From Candidatus Caldarchaeales archaeon (GTDB lineage Archaea; Thermoproteota; Nitrososphaeria_A; Caldarchaeales; Wolframiiraptoraceae): 64,000 nt of DNA. The stretch is taken from positions 75,410 through 139,409 of the forward strand of contig JBCNVN010000001.1 in assembly GCA_039630055.1 (NCBI GenBank), read 5' to 3'. Position 1 is the first letter of the stretch; every line of letters begins with the position of its first letter. Shown one piece after another: positions 40,051 to 50,585 of the stretch. The position numbers and the translations under genes were made by a program. Under the pieces are notes generated by a model, which worked only from the letters and a program-made list of their open reading frames with translations, had not been told where the DNA came from and made no database searches.

Positions 40051-42099
40051 TCAGCATATAATCTTCTCTAACTCTTCTAGCGTTGTTACAGGCTTCTTAC
40101 ATGAATAGTTCTCACATACATAGACAGTGGGCTTTCCCTCTACCTCAACCTTGCCAGCCACAACTTGTGATAGCTCTTCAAGCTCTTCTCTATTCCAGCT
40201 TCCAATACTGATTATCGTTCTAAAAGGCATATATATCTTGTATATAATGTCGAGGAAGGGTTTTACTTCCATCATCTCTCCCACGATAACGATCTCTCTT
40301 CTTGTTCTAAAGTTAGCGGCCAGGCACTGAAGCATAAATGTATAATCTCCTGGACTCTCAGAGATATCACCATAGAAAGCTTTCAAAGTCTTCTCAAAAA
40401 ATTCCCAGTACTTATCTAATCCAGTAATCTCATATAATCTTAGAAGCGTATGAGCTGCCACTGAGTTTCCCGATGGCATTACTCCATCGTGTGCATCCTT
40501 GATTCTCGATATTCCTCCAACATCCTCAATGCTGAAGAAAAATCCATCTTCCTCCCTATCCCAGAAATTGTCGATCATGGAGTCAGTTATCGTGATAGCT
40601 CTACTAAGCAACTGTGGATCAAAAGTTGACTCGAAAAGGTCTAGTAGCCCAAAGACAAAGTAAGAGTAATCTTCTAGACAGCCTTCTGCTCTAGCTACTC
40701 CACTTCTATAATATCTGTACATGCGTCCCTCTCTCCACAGCTTACTGTAGATAAAGTCAGCTGTTCTCTGAGCAGTCCTAAGATATTTTTCTTCACCGGT
40801 GACTTGGTATCCTAAGCTTAGAGCTGAGATCGCCAGCCCATTCCAAGATGCGATTATCTTATCGTCTACTGTAGGCTTCGGCCTCTTTCTTCTAGCATCC
40901 AACAAGATTCGACTACATAGTTCTAGTTTTTCTTCAATATCCTCGATTTTCATAGAGAAGTATGAGGCTAGACTGGATGTATCCATGCTTATAGTAGGTA
41001 TTGAACGGCCATGCTCGAAATTTCCAACATCACTTATTCCAAAGGCTTTACAGAAGATCTCTCCAAGCTCCCGTCCCAAAATATCTAGAACCTCTTTCTT
41101 TGTCCAGGTATAGAATATTCCCTCACCTTCAGAACTATCTGCATCAACTGCAGAGTAGAATCCTCCTTCAGGACTAAGCATTTCATTTATCATCCAGTCT
41201 AGAGTAGATATAGCAACCCTCTTCATGAAGGGATTGCCGGATATTTGATATGATTGTAGATATACACGGGATAAGAGGGCGTTGTCGTAAAGCATTTTCT
41301 CGAAGTGGGGTATGGTCCAGAATCTATCTGTTGAGTATCGGTGGAAGCCGCCACCCAGCTGTTCTCTTATACCTCCTTTCGCCATATTCTCTAAAGTCAT
41401 CCTAGCCATGTTTAACGCAAGTGAGATATTCTCCAGTTTATAGAACATGTGTAGAAACTCGATGTAGTTTGGCATCGGAAATTTAGGTGCAGTCCCAAAC
41501 CCTCCATAAACCTTGTCAAAATTTGAAACAAGAGATTCGAAACCTCGATAAACTACATCATAAGATATCTCATCCTCAACAGATCCTTTAATATTCATGC
41601 GTTTTAGAATCGATACTATCTGTTCTGCATTTTTCTCAACCTCTTCAGGATTGTTCCTCCAAATCTCTATGATTGACGTCAATATCTCATCTAACCCTAC
41701 CATTCCACCTCTCCTCCTAGGTGGAAAGTATGTGCCTCCGAAAAATGGCTTAAGACTAGGTGTCAAGAAAACGTTTAGTGGCCAGCCTCCAGAACCAGAA
41801 ATCAACATAACTGCTTTCATGTAGATTTCATCTATGTCAGGTCTCTCTTCTCTATCAACCTTAACGGGGACAAAGTATTCGTTAAGTAACTTGGCAATAT
41901 GCTCATCTTCGAATGATTCTTTCTCCATTACATGGCACCAGTGACATGATGCATAGCCTATGCTTAGGAAGATAGGTTTATTCTCTTCTCTCGCCTTCTT
42001 TATTGCCTCTTCACCCCAAGGATACCAGTCGACTGGATTATATGCATGCTGGAGAAGATAAGGGCTGAGCTCTCTAGCTAATCTATTAGGTTTATTCAC
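40051..42099 (-). CDS. DUF255 thioredoxin-domain protein fused to a six-hairpin-glycosidase-like domain (YyaL/SSP411-like)
   Basis: 682 aa. N-terminal '[38 protein letters not shown]' thioredoxin-fold motif. Confidence 0.7.
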   Translation of the reverse strand: MNKPNRLARELSPYLLQHAYNPVDWYPWGEEAIKKAREENKPIFLSIGYASCHWCHVMEKESFEDEHIAKLLNEYFVPVKVDREERPDIDEIYMKAVMLISGSGGWPLNVFLTPSLKPFFGGTYFPPRRRGGMVGLDEILTSIIEIWRNNPEEVEKNAEQIVSILKRMNIKGSVEDEISYDVVYRGFESLVSNFDKVYGGFGTAPKFPMPNYIEFLHMFYKLENISLALNMARMTLENMAKGGIREQLGGGFHRYSTDRFWTIPHFEKMLYDNALLSRVYLQSYQISGNPFMKRVAISTLDWMINEMLSPEGGFYSAVDADSSEGEGIFYTWTKKEVLDILGRELGEIFCKAFGISDVGNFEHGRSIPTISMDTSSLASYFSMKIEDIEEKLELCSRILLDARRKRPKPTVDDKIIASWNGLAISALSLGYQVTGEEKYLRTAQRTADFIYSKLWREGRMYRYYRSGVARAEGCLEDYSYFVFGLLDLFESTFDPQLLSRAITITDSMIDNFWDREEDGFFFSIEDVGGISRIKDAHDGVMPSGNSVAAHTLLRLYEITGLDKYWEFFEKTLKAFYGDISESPGDYTFMLQCLAANFRTRREIVIVGEMMEVKPFLDIIYKIYMPFRTIISIGSWNREELEELSQVVAGKVEVEGKPTVYVCENYSCKKPVTTLEELEKIIC

Positions 42100-42447
42100 G
42101 CCCCTCCAAGAACTTAAAGCTGCTAAAGAGGATTCTGCAACTACATATCATTTAGTAGTATGTGTAGGGTTGGTCAACTCTATTAATTATCTAGGATAAG
42201 GTTCTCAGAAGCCTAGAGATGTTTATTATTGATAGGATTCCATGTAAGGCTTAGGTGAGAACTATTTAGAGGCTAAAGATTTCGAAGAAGATGGCAGAGA
42301 TACTCTGATGATAAACCCTACTAAGCTTCTGATTCACTACTGGAATACATGAATAATATTTCCTAAGACTCTAAAAAGATAACAAATATAACTCATAATC
42401 TAACCCATTCTATAGTAATAGGTTATATCCGGCTCTTCCCTAAAAGA

Positions 42448-43512
42448 TTACTGGTATTGGTCTACCCTTTCAGGCATCTCTGGAGTTGTAGGATATTTTG
42501 GAGGCCACTGTACTGAGCGTCGACTATCTAGAAGTCTAAGATTATCTTCTATCCTCTTTCTCTCAGCCTCGAGCCATGGTGGAAGTATTAGTTTCGAGCC
42601 TAAAGATTCAGGCGGCTCATCTATAGTATATCCAGGCTTTTCGGTAGCTACTTCTAGAAGGTTTCCGAACGGGTCTCTAAAATAAAGAGACTTGAACCAG
42701 AACCTATCGATTATCCCCGAATGTATTATGCCCATATTATCAAGAATCTTCATTACCTCTCTCTGCTCTTCCTCATCTACAACCTTTACCGCTATATGAT
42801 GGATGCTTCCCACACCTAAGAATCCTGATGGAGTATTTGACTTAACAATATATCTGAGAAAACCATATTCTTCTAAGCCGAAGCTTAAAATTAAACTTGA
42901 AGGGTCGTGAGGATTTCTCCATCGAGCCAAGAGCTTTAGGCCGAATATCTTAGAGAGAAAACGTTCTAGTAGATTAGGATCGGTGGCGAGAGGAGAGCCA
43001 TGATCTAAGATCTTCAAGTTCATGTCAGACGATATAGACTTGGCTGAGAACCCCTCAGAGAACATCTCAACTAGATACGCTGAGTCAATCCCACTCTCTA
43101 CTTTACATGTTAACTCGAGCAGGACACCATCCGGATCTCTAAAATATATTGAGACCCTATCCTCAAACAAGTATGGTCTAGATACATGTACTCCATGAAC
43201 TTTAAGCCAAGCCGACCACTTCTGTAATGCCTCGATCCGGCTAACAGAGTAAGCCAGATGATGGGGGAATCCTAACCCCACCCTCCCCTCATATAGATGG
43301 GGCCACTCGAAGAAGGTAACCACCGAGCCGCTCGATCCTCTCTCATCACCATAGAAGATATGTCTATGGAAGATGTCATCCTGGTTTACAGATAGTTTGA
43401 CACGCCTAAGACCGAGGACTTCGGTATAGAATCGTCTGTTAATCTGCTCATTATCGGTGACGAGGGTTATATGGTGAAGTCCCTTAACGAGGCCTTCAGA
43501 CATTTCGGCCAT
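42448..43512 (-). CDS. tandem VOC (glyoxalase/extradiol dioxygenase) domain protein
   Basis: 354 aa. Two repeats each starting with 'GLHHITL/GSIHHIAV' metal-binding beta-alpha-beta-beta-beta modules. Confidence 0.55.
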   Translation of the reverse strand: MAEMSEGLVKGLHHITLVTDNEQINRRFYTEVLGLRRVKLSVNQDDIFHRHIFYGDERGSSGSVVTFFEWPHLYEGRVGLGFPHHLAYSVSRIEALQKWSAWLKVHGVHVSRPYLFEDRVSIYFRDPDGVLLELTCKVESGIDSAYLVEMFSEGFSAKSISSDMNLKILDHGSPLATDPNLLERFLSKIFGLKLLARWRNPHDPSSLILSFGLEEYGFLRYIVKSNTPSGFLGVGSIHHIAVKVVDEEEQREVMKILDNMGIIHSGIIDRFWFKSLYFRDPFGNLLEVATEKPGYTIDEPPESLGSKLILPPWLEAERKRIEDNLRLLDSRRSVQWPPKYPTTPEMPERVDQYQ

Positions 43513-43744
43513 CTATCTTTCCAAATACCAATCCTGCCTCTTAAATGTAAGCTAATTTGAAATTCTCATGTAGCTCCGAATAATCCATATATTATCATAT
43601 CCTGAAAGACCTATCTATCCATCAAGTATGTACCCTCTCCATGTGAACATGCACTAATATTAAAGAGCTAAAATAAGATTGATATTCTTTTTCGAGGTAA
43701 ATAATAAGGATAATCTTAAATCTGGCGTAGAAAAGATAAGTGTA

Positions 43745-43834
43745 GCCCCGGTAGCTCAGCGGGTAGAGCGGCGGCCTCGTATCAATCTAAGTCAAGAAAG
43801 CCGCAGGTCGCGGGTTCAAATCCCGCCCGGGGCT
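43745..43834 (+). tRNA. tRNA-Thr (anticodon CGU) with 17-nt intron at the canonical position
   Basis: Exons identical to the tRNA-Thr(UGU) at 33869-33956 except anticodon position 34. Anticodon loop CUCGUA[intron UCAAUCUAAGUCAAGAA]A. Confidence 0.85.
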
Positions 43835-44388
43835 TCAAAGACAGTTAACGCCCCCTCCACATTAATATTAGGAAAATTTCCAGTCTTCACATCTTATAAT
43901 ATTTTATGCCTCTTCTAGATTTCTCTAAATGTTAAGTTGAGGTCTATCAAAGTATGGTCTTCTTAGATATTATTTATTTTATCATAGTCAAAGTTTTAGA
44001 GGTTCGTTTTATTTAACCTGTAATAAGTGTATAGACATGAACTCTCTGTTTATAGATTATGAAGTTGTCTAAAATAAGAACGGACACCACCATCATTATC
44101 CTCCAATCTTCGTTAAAATATACGTGAACATTGTTATAGCTGAGATAGGGTCTGCTAGTACATTTCTCCAAGAAGAATTTTTAGATTAAACCATGCTATA
44201 GTAAAGGAAAGAACTTCAAAATTATGTTTATCATGGAGATCAATGCTGGCATAAACCCTACTTCCTCATTTCAGTCTGCTAAGCTGATCCAAATACATGA
44301 TGTATTAGATAAATATCTGATGTATTCCATTACCCAATTAAAAGAATTAAGAAATGTTAATAATTCCCTCTATCAGATTATCTTCTAG

Positions 44389-44754
44389 ATGAACAGAGTT
44401 TTTAAATATAGGAAAAGCTCGATGTTTAACCTACCAGTAGAAGAGTTTGAATATGTTGAAGATTTTGGGAGGCTTATCCGTGAAGCTAGGGAGAGGATGG
44501 GTTTAACACAGGAAGAATTTGCTAAACAATTAAATGAGAAGGTTACTATTATCAAGAAGATTGAAGCTGGTGAGTTTAATCCATCGATCGAATTATCTAA
44601 GAAGATTGAGAGGTTGCTTAAGATAAAGATACTGGTCCCATCGATCGAAGAAGATCTTGAACAGATCTCAAAATATGTAGAAAAAGGAGAGAAGCAGAAA
44701 AGTGTATCTTTAGGATTATTCTTTAAAAAGATTGATGAAAAATCTAAGAGATAG
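44389..44754 (+). CDS. XRE-family HTH protein (MBF1-like HTH without Zn ribbon)
   Basis: 121 aa. 'LIREARERMGLTQEEFAKQLNEKVTIIKKIEAGEFNPSIELSKKIERLL' cro/C1-type HTH. The true start may be an internal Met at 44422. Confidence 0.45.
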   Translation: MNRVFKYRKSSMFNLPVEEFEYVEDFGRLIREARERMGLTQEEFAKQLNEKVTIIKKIEAGEFNPSIELSKKIERLLKIKILVPSIEEDLEQISKYVEKGEKQKSVSLGLFFKKIDEKSKR

Positions 44755-44819
44755 TATAAATTTATGTAAAGAGTTTTAAAGAAGCTCTAGAATTAGTAGG
44801 GATGGAAGGTACATAGAGA

Positions 44820-46070
44820 GTGAAGGTTGCAATCGTTCATAGAGTTAACCCGGGAGAAAATGATAATCTAGAAGAACTCAGCGAGCTTTGTCATACTGCT
44901 AACTATGAAGTAGTGTATAGGGTACGGCAAGAGAGACCTCCACATCCAGAATATAATATTGGTCCAGGGAAGGTGGAAGAGCTTAAAAAGGCTGTTCAAG
45001 AGCTGGATATAGAGAAGGTAATATTTGAGAACGAGTTGAAGCCTGTTCAAGAATATAATCTTGCTAAGAAGCTAGGCGTACAGGTAATTAGTAGAACTCA
45101 GCTCATCTTAGAGATATTTACTCTACATGCTAACAGTATCGAGGCTAAACTCCAGATAAAACTAGCAGAATTAAAGTATGAGCTATCTAGAGCTAAGGAG
45201 AAAGTTAGACTGGCGAAGAAGGGAGAGCAGCCTGGATTTCACGGTCTAGGAGCCTACGAAGCAGACGTGTATTATGATGAGATCCATAAGAGGATAGTTT
45301 CAATTAATAGAAAGCTTGAATCAATTAAAAAACATATGGATCTGATAAGGTTTGAGAGGAAGAAGCTAGGTATACCTCTAGTCTCACTATCTGGATATAC
45401 CAATGCTGGCAAATCTTCTCTATTCAACCTCTTAGCATCAGAAGATGTTGAAGTAAATTCCCAGCTTTTCACGACTTTAACGCCGACCACGAGGATCGTG
45501 AGATTGGGAGGCAAACCGGTATTCTTATCAGATACTGTAGGATTCATCAGCAATCTTCCAACGCTACTGATAGAGGCATTCTATGCAACTCTTCGAGAGA
45601 TTGCTTTATCAGACTTAATATTATTGATGGTCGATATATCTGAACCTCTACCTATAGTAGAGAAGAAGCTTGGAACATCTATTGATGCGTTAAACAGTAT
45701 CGGTGCCAATGGTGTCCCAGTCTTAGTTGTCTTTAACAAGATAGACTTGGTAGATGAATCTGAATTAAATAAAAAGATTGAGAGGTTGGGTCTACCATAT
45801 CAACATGTAGTGATATCTGCAAAGAATGGCATTAATATCGATAAGCTGGAGAAGACGGCATCAGAGATGTTGAGAGGCTTTATCAAGGTTAAAGCTACAA
45901 TCCCCCATGATAGAAGATATATGAAGATAGTTAAAGAATTGTATAGAAAGTCAAAGGTAATGAGTATCGAATACGATGATAGCCATGTGAAGATAGAGGT
46001 GGAGACTACTGTGGATTTAGCGGAAAAGTTGAAGAGATTATCTATCGAAGGAGGATTTAGAGTTGAATGA
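44820..46070 (+). CDS. hflX: GTPase HflX
   Basis: 416 aa. HflX N-domain and coiled-coil. G1 'GYTNAGKSSLFN', G3 'DTVGF', G4 'NKID'. Confidence 0.8.
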   Translation: MKVAIVHRVNPGENDNLEELSELCHTANYEVVYRVRQERPPHPEYNIGPGKVEELKKAVQELDIEKVIFENELKPVQEYNLAKKLGVQVISRTQLILEIFTLHANSIEAKLQIKLAELKYELSRAKEKVRLAKKGEQPGFHGLGAYEADVYYDEIHKRIVSINRKLESIKKHMDLIRFERKKLGIPLVSLSGYTNAGKSSLFNLLASEDVEVNSQLFTTLTPTTRIVRLGGKPVFLSDTVGFISNLPTLLIEAFYATLREIALSDLILLMVDISEPLPIVEKKLGTSIDALNSIGANGVPVLVVFNKIDLVDESELNKKIERLGLPYQHVVISAKNGINIDKLEKTASEMLRGFIKVKATIPHDRRYMKIVKELYRKSKVMSIEYDDSHVKIEVETTVDLAEKLKRLSIEGGFRVE

Positions 46071-46554
46071 TCAAGATCTTCTAGAAGCTGTTAGACTTAT
46101 AGCCGATTACCAGTTCGGCTTTAGAGTAGGATCAAGACTCTTTCCAAATGAGTCTAAAATCCAAGTATCTAAGAAGACTGGTAGACCTAGATACATCTTA
46201 CTTGGAGATAAACTATTAGCAACTGTAAGGAGTAGTGATGGAATGTTGGCTTTAACATTATATGGTGGTGAGAGACTTTCCCATATAATCGAATGGCCAA
46301 GACGTAGGATCATAGTTAAAGACAGTCATCTAGATAAAGTTTTAGAAATGAAGGTTGTAAAGGCAGACTGGGTATCTTATGTAGATGAGAACCTGGCTCC
46401 AAATGAAGAAGTATTGGTCTACAACTCTTCTAGAAGATTGATAGGTGTTGGGAGAGTAACTACATCTGGTAAAACCATCCTCACTGTTAGCGGTGGGACG
46501 GTCGTAAAGATAAGAGAAGTTGATGAGAAAATAAGACCTGATCCTGTACCCTGA
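46063..46554 (+). CDS. PUA-domain protein (pre-PUA plus PUA)
   Basis: 163 aa. C-terminal 'VLVYNSSRRLIGVGRV...GTVVKIREV' PUA-like beta-barrel. Start overlaps the hflX stop. Confidence 0.45.
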   Translation: MNDQDLLEAVRLIADYQFGFRVGSRLFPNESKIQVSKKTGRPRYILLGDKLLATVRSSDGMLALTLYGGERLSHIIEWPRRRIIVKDSHLDKVLEMKVVKADWVSYVDENLAPNEEVLVYNSSRRLIGVGRVTTSGKTILTVSGGTVVKIREVDEKIRPDPVP

Positions 46555-46677
46555 TATCTTATTCCTTCCATGATATTGAGATAGGCAATATATTATTTTA
46601 TTTAAAAAATATAGGAAAGAATATTATACGACCTAGAACATAAGACTTAACAGAAGCCAAGTATAGGTGTTAAGGGT

Positions 46678-47058
46678 ATGAAAAAGCTCTCCCCTCGGCA
46701 ATTGAGACGGATGCAGGCCCGCATGCTTGGAAACCTTGGATTAGATCTAAAAGAGTTGGGAATAGCTGAAGAAGTGGTTATCAGACTCCAAGACAAGGAG
46801 TTGAAGATTAAGAATCCAACAGTCATGTCCATGAAGATTGAGAATGAGACAGTGTACCAGATCCTAGGAGGAGAGGTTGAAGAAGTCTCACCGACTATTG
46901 GTAGAGAGGTTGAAGAGGCTTACACTCCATCTGAGGAGGATTTGATGCTCGTGGCAGCCCAGGCTGGAGTAAGTGAGGAGGAAGCTAGGGAAGCCTTAGT
47001 AGAGACTCGTGGAGATCTAGCCAAAGCGATACTATTATTAAAGTCTAGGAAAACCTAG
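46678..47058 (+). CDS. nac: nascent polypeptide-associated complex protein (archaeal NAC-alpha)
   Basis: 126 aa. 'RQLRRMQARMLG...EEVVIRLQDKELKIKNPTVM' NAC domain and C-terminal UBA-like 'EEDLMLVAAQAGVSEEEAREAL'. Confidence 0.75.
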   Translation: MKKLSPRQLRRMQARMLGNLGLDLKELGIAEEVVIRLQDKELKIKNPTVMSMKIENETVYQILGGEVEEVSPTIGREVEEAYTPSEEDLMLVAAQAGVSEEEAREALVETRGDLAKAILLLKSRKT

Positions 47059-47064
47059 ACGGGC

Positions 47065-48864
47065 TCAATCTTCAAATCTTATAATGAATGGGTTTCCAGT
47101 CTCTGAAAGATATCTAAAAAGTACTATAGCTTCGTCAAGGATCTTTCTCTTTCTAAGATTTTTAACAATAGAGATATATCCTCCATCGATCTGAGAAGCT
47201 ATCTCAGATTCTAGACTCGCTCTCTCTTCAATATTCTTAAATTTTTCCATAGGTGGATATACTAGGAAACTATAATCACTGATATCTTTAGGCTCCTTTA
47301 ATCCTAGTCTACGATACGTTGATTTAAGCATTCTTCTAGCTGAGGATCTAGCAGTTCGAGAAGATAGGGATATTTTCCCAATTAGACTTGAATCTTTCTT
47401 CAGTGAGTCTTTAAATATTCTTAAAACCTCATTAATAAAATTGTATGATTCTTTTGAAGCTTGTGGCCCAGCTTCATAGACGGTTCTCGCAGCATCGAGG
47501 ACTCCATATAAAGATGAAGTATAGGCGATCTCTCCAAGATATCTTCTACCATATATCTGTTTAAAGAACTTCGTTCTTCTACTTAATGCAGTGAGACCGT
47601 GCATGGTTAACTCTCTAACTCTCCTCATGATGTATTCAATGTCTTTACCTGATACTAGAGCAAGAGATAGTACATTTATAGTAAAGATTGCATGAATATC
47701 TGAAGGGTTTTCTCTAGGTGGAAGCTTGAAGCCAGAGTATAGTATATCAGGTGAATTAGCGACGGCATATTCGTGGTTAAAATTCTTAAAGACTTCGCTG
47801 AGCTTCTGAAGGTCTTGATGCTTTAGATTATCTAAGACTACGGTAAACTTTATCTTATCTTCTGATCCATCGATCCTCTTAACAAAATCGATCATCTTTT
47901 CATAATTTTCCAGTAGATCTTCAATGCTTATAGTTATACTGAAGTATCTCCTCCTTAGTAAACCAGCATGGAACACATGCTTAATCATCTTAAAAGTATT
48001 TTCAAATTCTTCTTTTCCACCAACTCTAATATTTAATTCATGTTTAATATTAATAATATAGCTAGATATATCTGAGATGATCTCTAGAGATTCTTCTACA
48101 TCGCTTGGAGCATGATAGCTTCTAGCTAAGATACAGGTTAGCCAACCCTCTAAAGGATATAGGTCTATCTCTCCTGAAAGATGCATCTCTGCAATATTTC
48201 TTGGGAGTAAGCTTTGTAGACAGTATTCTTTCATAATCGATTCTGAAGATTTTTCAATGAACTCTCTTAGATCTCCTGTATTCGAGATATTTTTTAAAGT
48301 TTTAGAAACATCATATATCGGCATCCCAATCCTTGTTAATCTATGTCTATACTTTTCCAAACCCATATCTAAAAGTATGTTGTTGACAAGCTCTCTTATG
48401 AGAGAAGATGTTAGATACTCTATTTTCAGATCTTTTAACTTCTCTTCAGCTATTGAAGCTATCTCCGAGGCCAATTTTAAACTAATGTTTGCTTCTCTCA
48501 CTAGTGATCGAGCTATCTTAGACTTGTCAAACGGTTCTACGAGATTATCACTTCTCCTTACAATCATTAAATCTCTAGACCCTAAAGCTTTCCTAAGCTC
48601 TTCTAGAATTTCTAGCATCGTCAGACCAATCCTTGACAATTTATATTTACCAGAATCTTTATCAACTTCAATTAAACTCACATTTAGCATCTTCTTTAAA
48701 TGATATGAAAATTTTCCAGCATCTTTATTCTTCTCTAATCCAAGCGAAGCCATCAACTCTGAGTAACCCATCTCTCTCTTAGATAGAAGCCTTAAGATCT
48801 CTGATCTTGTAGGAGATGCGATAGCGTCCAAGATATTATTGACATCGTTTGCAGTCTTATCCAT
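47065..48864 (-). CDS. large wHTH plus ATP-cone domain protein of unknown function
   Basis: 599 aa. N-terminal ArsR-like wHTH 'ASPTRSEILRLLSKREMGYSELMASLGL'. ATP-cone-like 'LMIVRRSDNLVEPFDKSKIARSLVREANISLKLASEIASIAEEKL'. About 400-aa C-terminal region with no recognisable catalytic motif and no glycyl-radical motif. Confidence 0.45.
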   Translation of the reverse strand: MDKTANDVNNILDAIASPTRSEILRLLSKREMGYSELMASLGLEKNKDAGKFSYHLKKMLNVSLIEVDKDSGKYKLSRIGLTMLEILEELRKALGSRDLMIVRRSDNLVEPFDKSKIARSLVREANISLKLASEIASIAEEKLKDLKIEYLTSSLIRELVNNILLDMGLEKYRHRLTRIGMPIYDVSKTLKNISNTGDLREFIEKSSESIMKEYCLQSLLPRNIAEMHLSGEIDLYPLEGWLTCILARSYHAPSDVEESLEIISDISSYIINIKHELNIRVGGKEEFENTFKMIKHVFHAGLLRRRYFSITISIEDLLENYEKMIDFVKRIDGSEDKIKFTVVLDNLKHQDLQKLSEVFKNFNHEYAVANSPDILYSGFKLPPRENPSDIHAIFTINVLSLALVSGKDIEYIMRRVRELTMHGLTALSRRTKFFKQIYGRRYLGEIAYTSSLYGVLDAARTVYEAGPQASKESYNFINEVLRIFKDSLKKDSSLIGKISLSSRTARSSARRMLKSTYRRLGLKEPKDISDYSFLVYPPMEKFKNIEERASLESEIASQIDGGYISIVKNLRKRKILDEAIVLFRYLSETGNPFIIRFED

Positions 48865-49057
48865 ATTTCTCCAAGAATAGAATTAGAGTATTCGCTCTAA
48901 AAAATTTGTACTCATTGTTGTAAAAGATATTATTTCGAGAATCTCAAGATAATTCAAGAATATTCTACCTATGGAAAATTACTAAAGACTACAGGATAGA
49001 TTGTAAGACTATGATACCTTATATATTCTCTATTCTTTATTTACTGAGAGGTCCTAT

Positions 49058-49939
49058 ATGGAAGAATTTTATAGTGGAATTCGAGAGATTGTAAACGATA
49101 AAGTTCATGGTTCAACCCAGATTGCTATAAACTTAATGAGGTTTCTATCAAGAAATTTAGAGAATGTTGATCTATACAAACTTAGAGAGATATTTGACGA
49201 AGTATTGAGTATTGCTGAAACTAGGACTTCCATAATCCTACCGATAAACATGCTACATATACTGAGAGAAGCTGTCGAATCATCTATAAGTAGAGATGTG
49301 AGATCAAATGTGAAGAGATTGATAGACTCTCTCCTTTCATATTATAGTCAAGATCTAGAATGGTCGGCAGAGAATGGGGCGAAGGCTTTAGAGGGTTACA
49401 GAAGAATCTTTACTTTAAGTTATAGCTCACAGGTATTAAAGGTTCTGAGAAAGATTAAAGATATAGAAGTATCTATTGTGGCTGGATGGCCTCTCTTAGA
49501 TGGGTTAAGGGCTTCAAGAGAATTGAGATCAGTCGGTGTTAAAACTTTCCTCTATCCAGACTCCTCCATATATGAGGCCATAAATTCATCAGATGCCATC
49601 TTCCTAGGATGTGACGCTATTCTCATAGATGGTTCAATAATAAATAGATCAGGCTCTAGAATAGCCACATTGATTTCTAACTACGAGTCTATACCCTCGT
49701 ATGTGATCGGTGAGAGTCTAAAGTTAGATATTAGGTCTATATGGAAGCCTGAGGTATGGAAATATGTTTTTGAAGATGTAGAGACGGAGTTTCAAGTATT
49801 CGAAAAGGTTGAGTTTGAACTTATCTCGAAACACATCTCAGAGCTGGGCATAGATACTCCAAGAAATTTTGTAAATAAAGCCTTGAGAAAGATGGAAGAA
49901 TATACTAGAAAACTTTTAGAGAGTGTTCTCAGCAACTAG
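49058..49939 (+). CDS. eIF-2B alpha/beta/delta family protein (aIF-2B or ribose-1,5-bisphosphate isomerase-like)
   Basis: 293 aa. 'SIVAGWPLLDGLRASRELRSVGVKTFLYPDSS...LGCDAILIDGSIINRSGS' Rossmann-like IF-2B fold motifs. Confidence 0.6.
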   Translation: MEEFYSGIREIVNDKVHGSTQIAINLMRFLSRNLENVDLYKLREIFDEVLSIAETRTSIILPINMLHILREAVESSISRDVRSNVKRLIDSLLSYYSQDLEWSAENGAKALEGYRRIFTLSYSSQVLKVLRKIKDIEVSIVAGWPLLDGLRASRELRSVGVKTFLYPDSSIYEAINSSDAIFLGCDAILIDGSIINRSGSRIATLISNYESIPSYVIGESLKLDIRSIWKPEVWKYVFEDVETEFQVFEKVEFELISKHISELGIDTPRNFVNKALRKMEEYTRKLLESVLSN

Positions 49940-49979
49940 GTTAAGTTGTCTGTATACACGTTAGCAAACTAACTATCAT

Positions 49980-50585
49980 TCAATCTTGTATTAAACTATC
50001 CCAGAAATCCAACTCATACCGCTGGATAGTCTTCGCAATAAACCTATATCTATCCCAATCCAGATACCTTTCAGCGATCTTCTCAGCCTTCTCATCTAAC
50101 ACGTTATATGGACCTGAAAACAATTCAAAGATCTTTGTAGATCTTATCGATATCCTCTTGACGTATTCTCCGAGATTCTTGACGTTCTCGCCCCAAACGG
50201 GAAGGTTTACGATTAAAGCTATGGCCACATCCCCTGGAGAACCATTCAATGCTAGCCATGAAAGAAAGTGTGTGTAGGATACTGCTTTGGGAGATACCTT
50301 ACTATAGTCTAATTTGATATTGAGCTCATCTGAGAGCATGTATAGTGCTCTTAGAGCTTCGTAATCACCATCAACTAAGAGTTTGAAGAACTCGAGCTCA
50401 TCCATCCTACTAGCCTTAGAGAGTATATGTGAGAGAGCTTTCAGATCGTGTGGAATTATATATAGCTGATTCTCTACAAATCTTCTAAGTATCTCATTGC
50501 TTGGTTCACGAATAGAAGGATGTTGAAGTATCTTCTTGTTCAGTTCTTCCAACTCTTCTCTCAGCTTATTTATTATGTAACCCAT
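49980..50585 (-). CDS. TenA/heme-oxygenase-like fold protein (TenA paralogue)
   Basis: 201-aa all-helical protein. 'FVENQLYIIPHDLKAL', aromatic-rich. Tandem with tenA, with a 13-nt overlap. Confidence 0.4.
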   Translation of the reverse strand: MGYIINKLREELEELNKKILQHPSIREPSNEILRRFVENQLYIIPHDLKALSHILSKASRMDELEFFKLLVDGDYEALRALYMLSDELNIKLDYSKVSPKAVSYTHFLSWLALNGSPGDVAIALIVNLPVWGENVKNLGEYVKRISIRSTKIFELFSGPYNVLDEKAEKIAERYLDWDRYRFIAKTIQRYELDFWDSLIQD

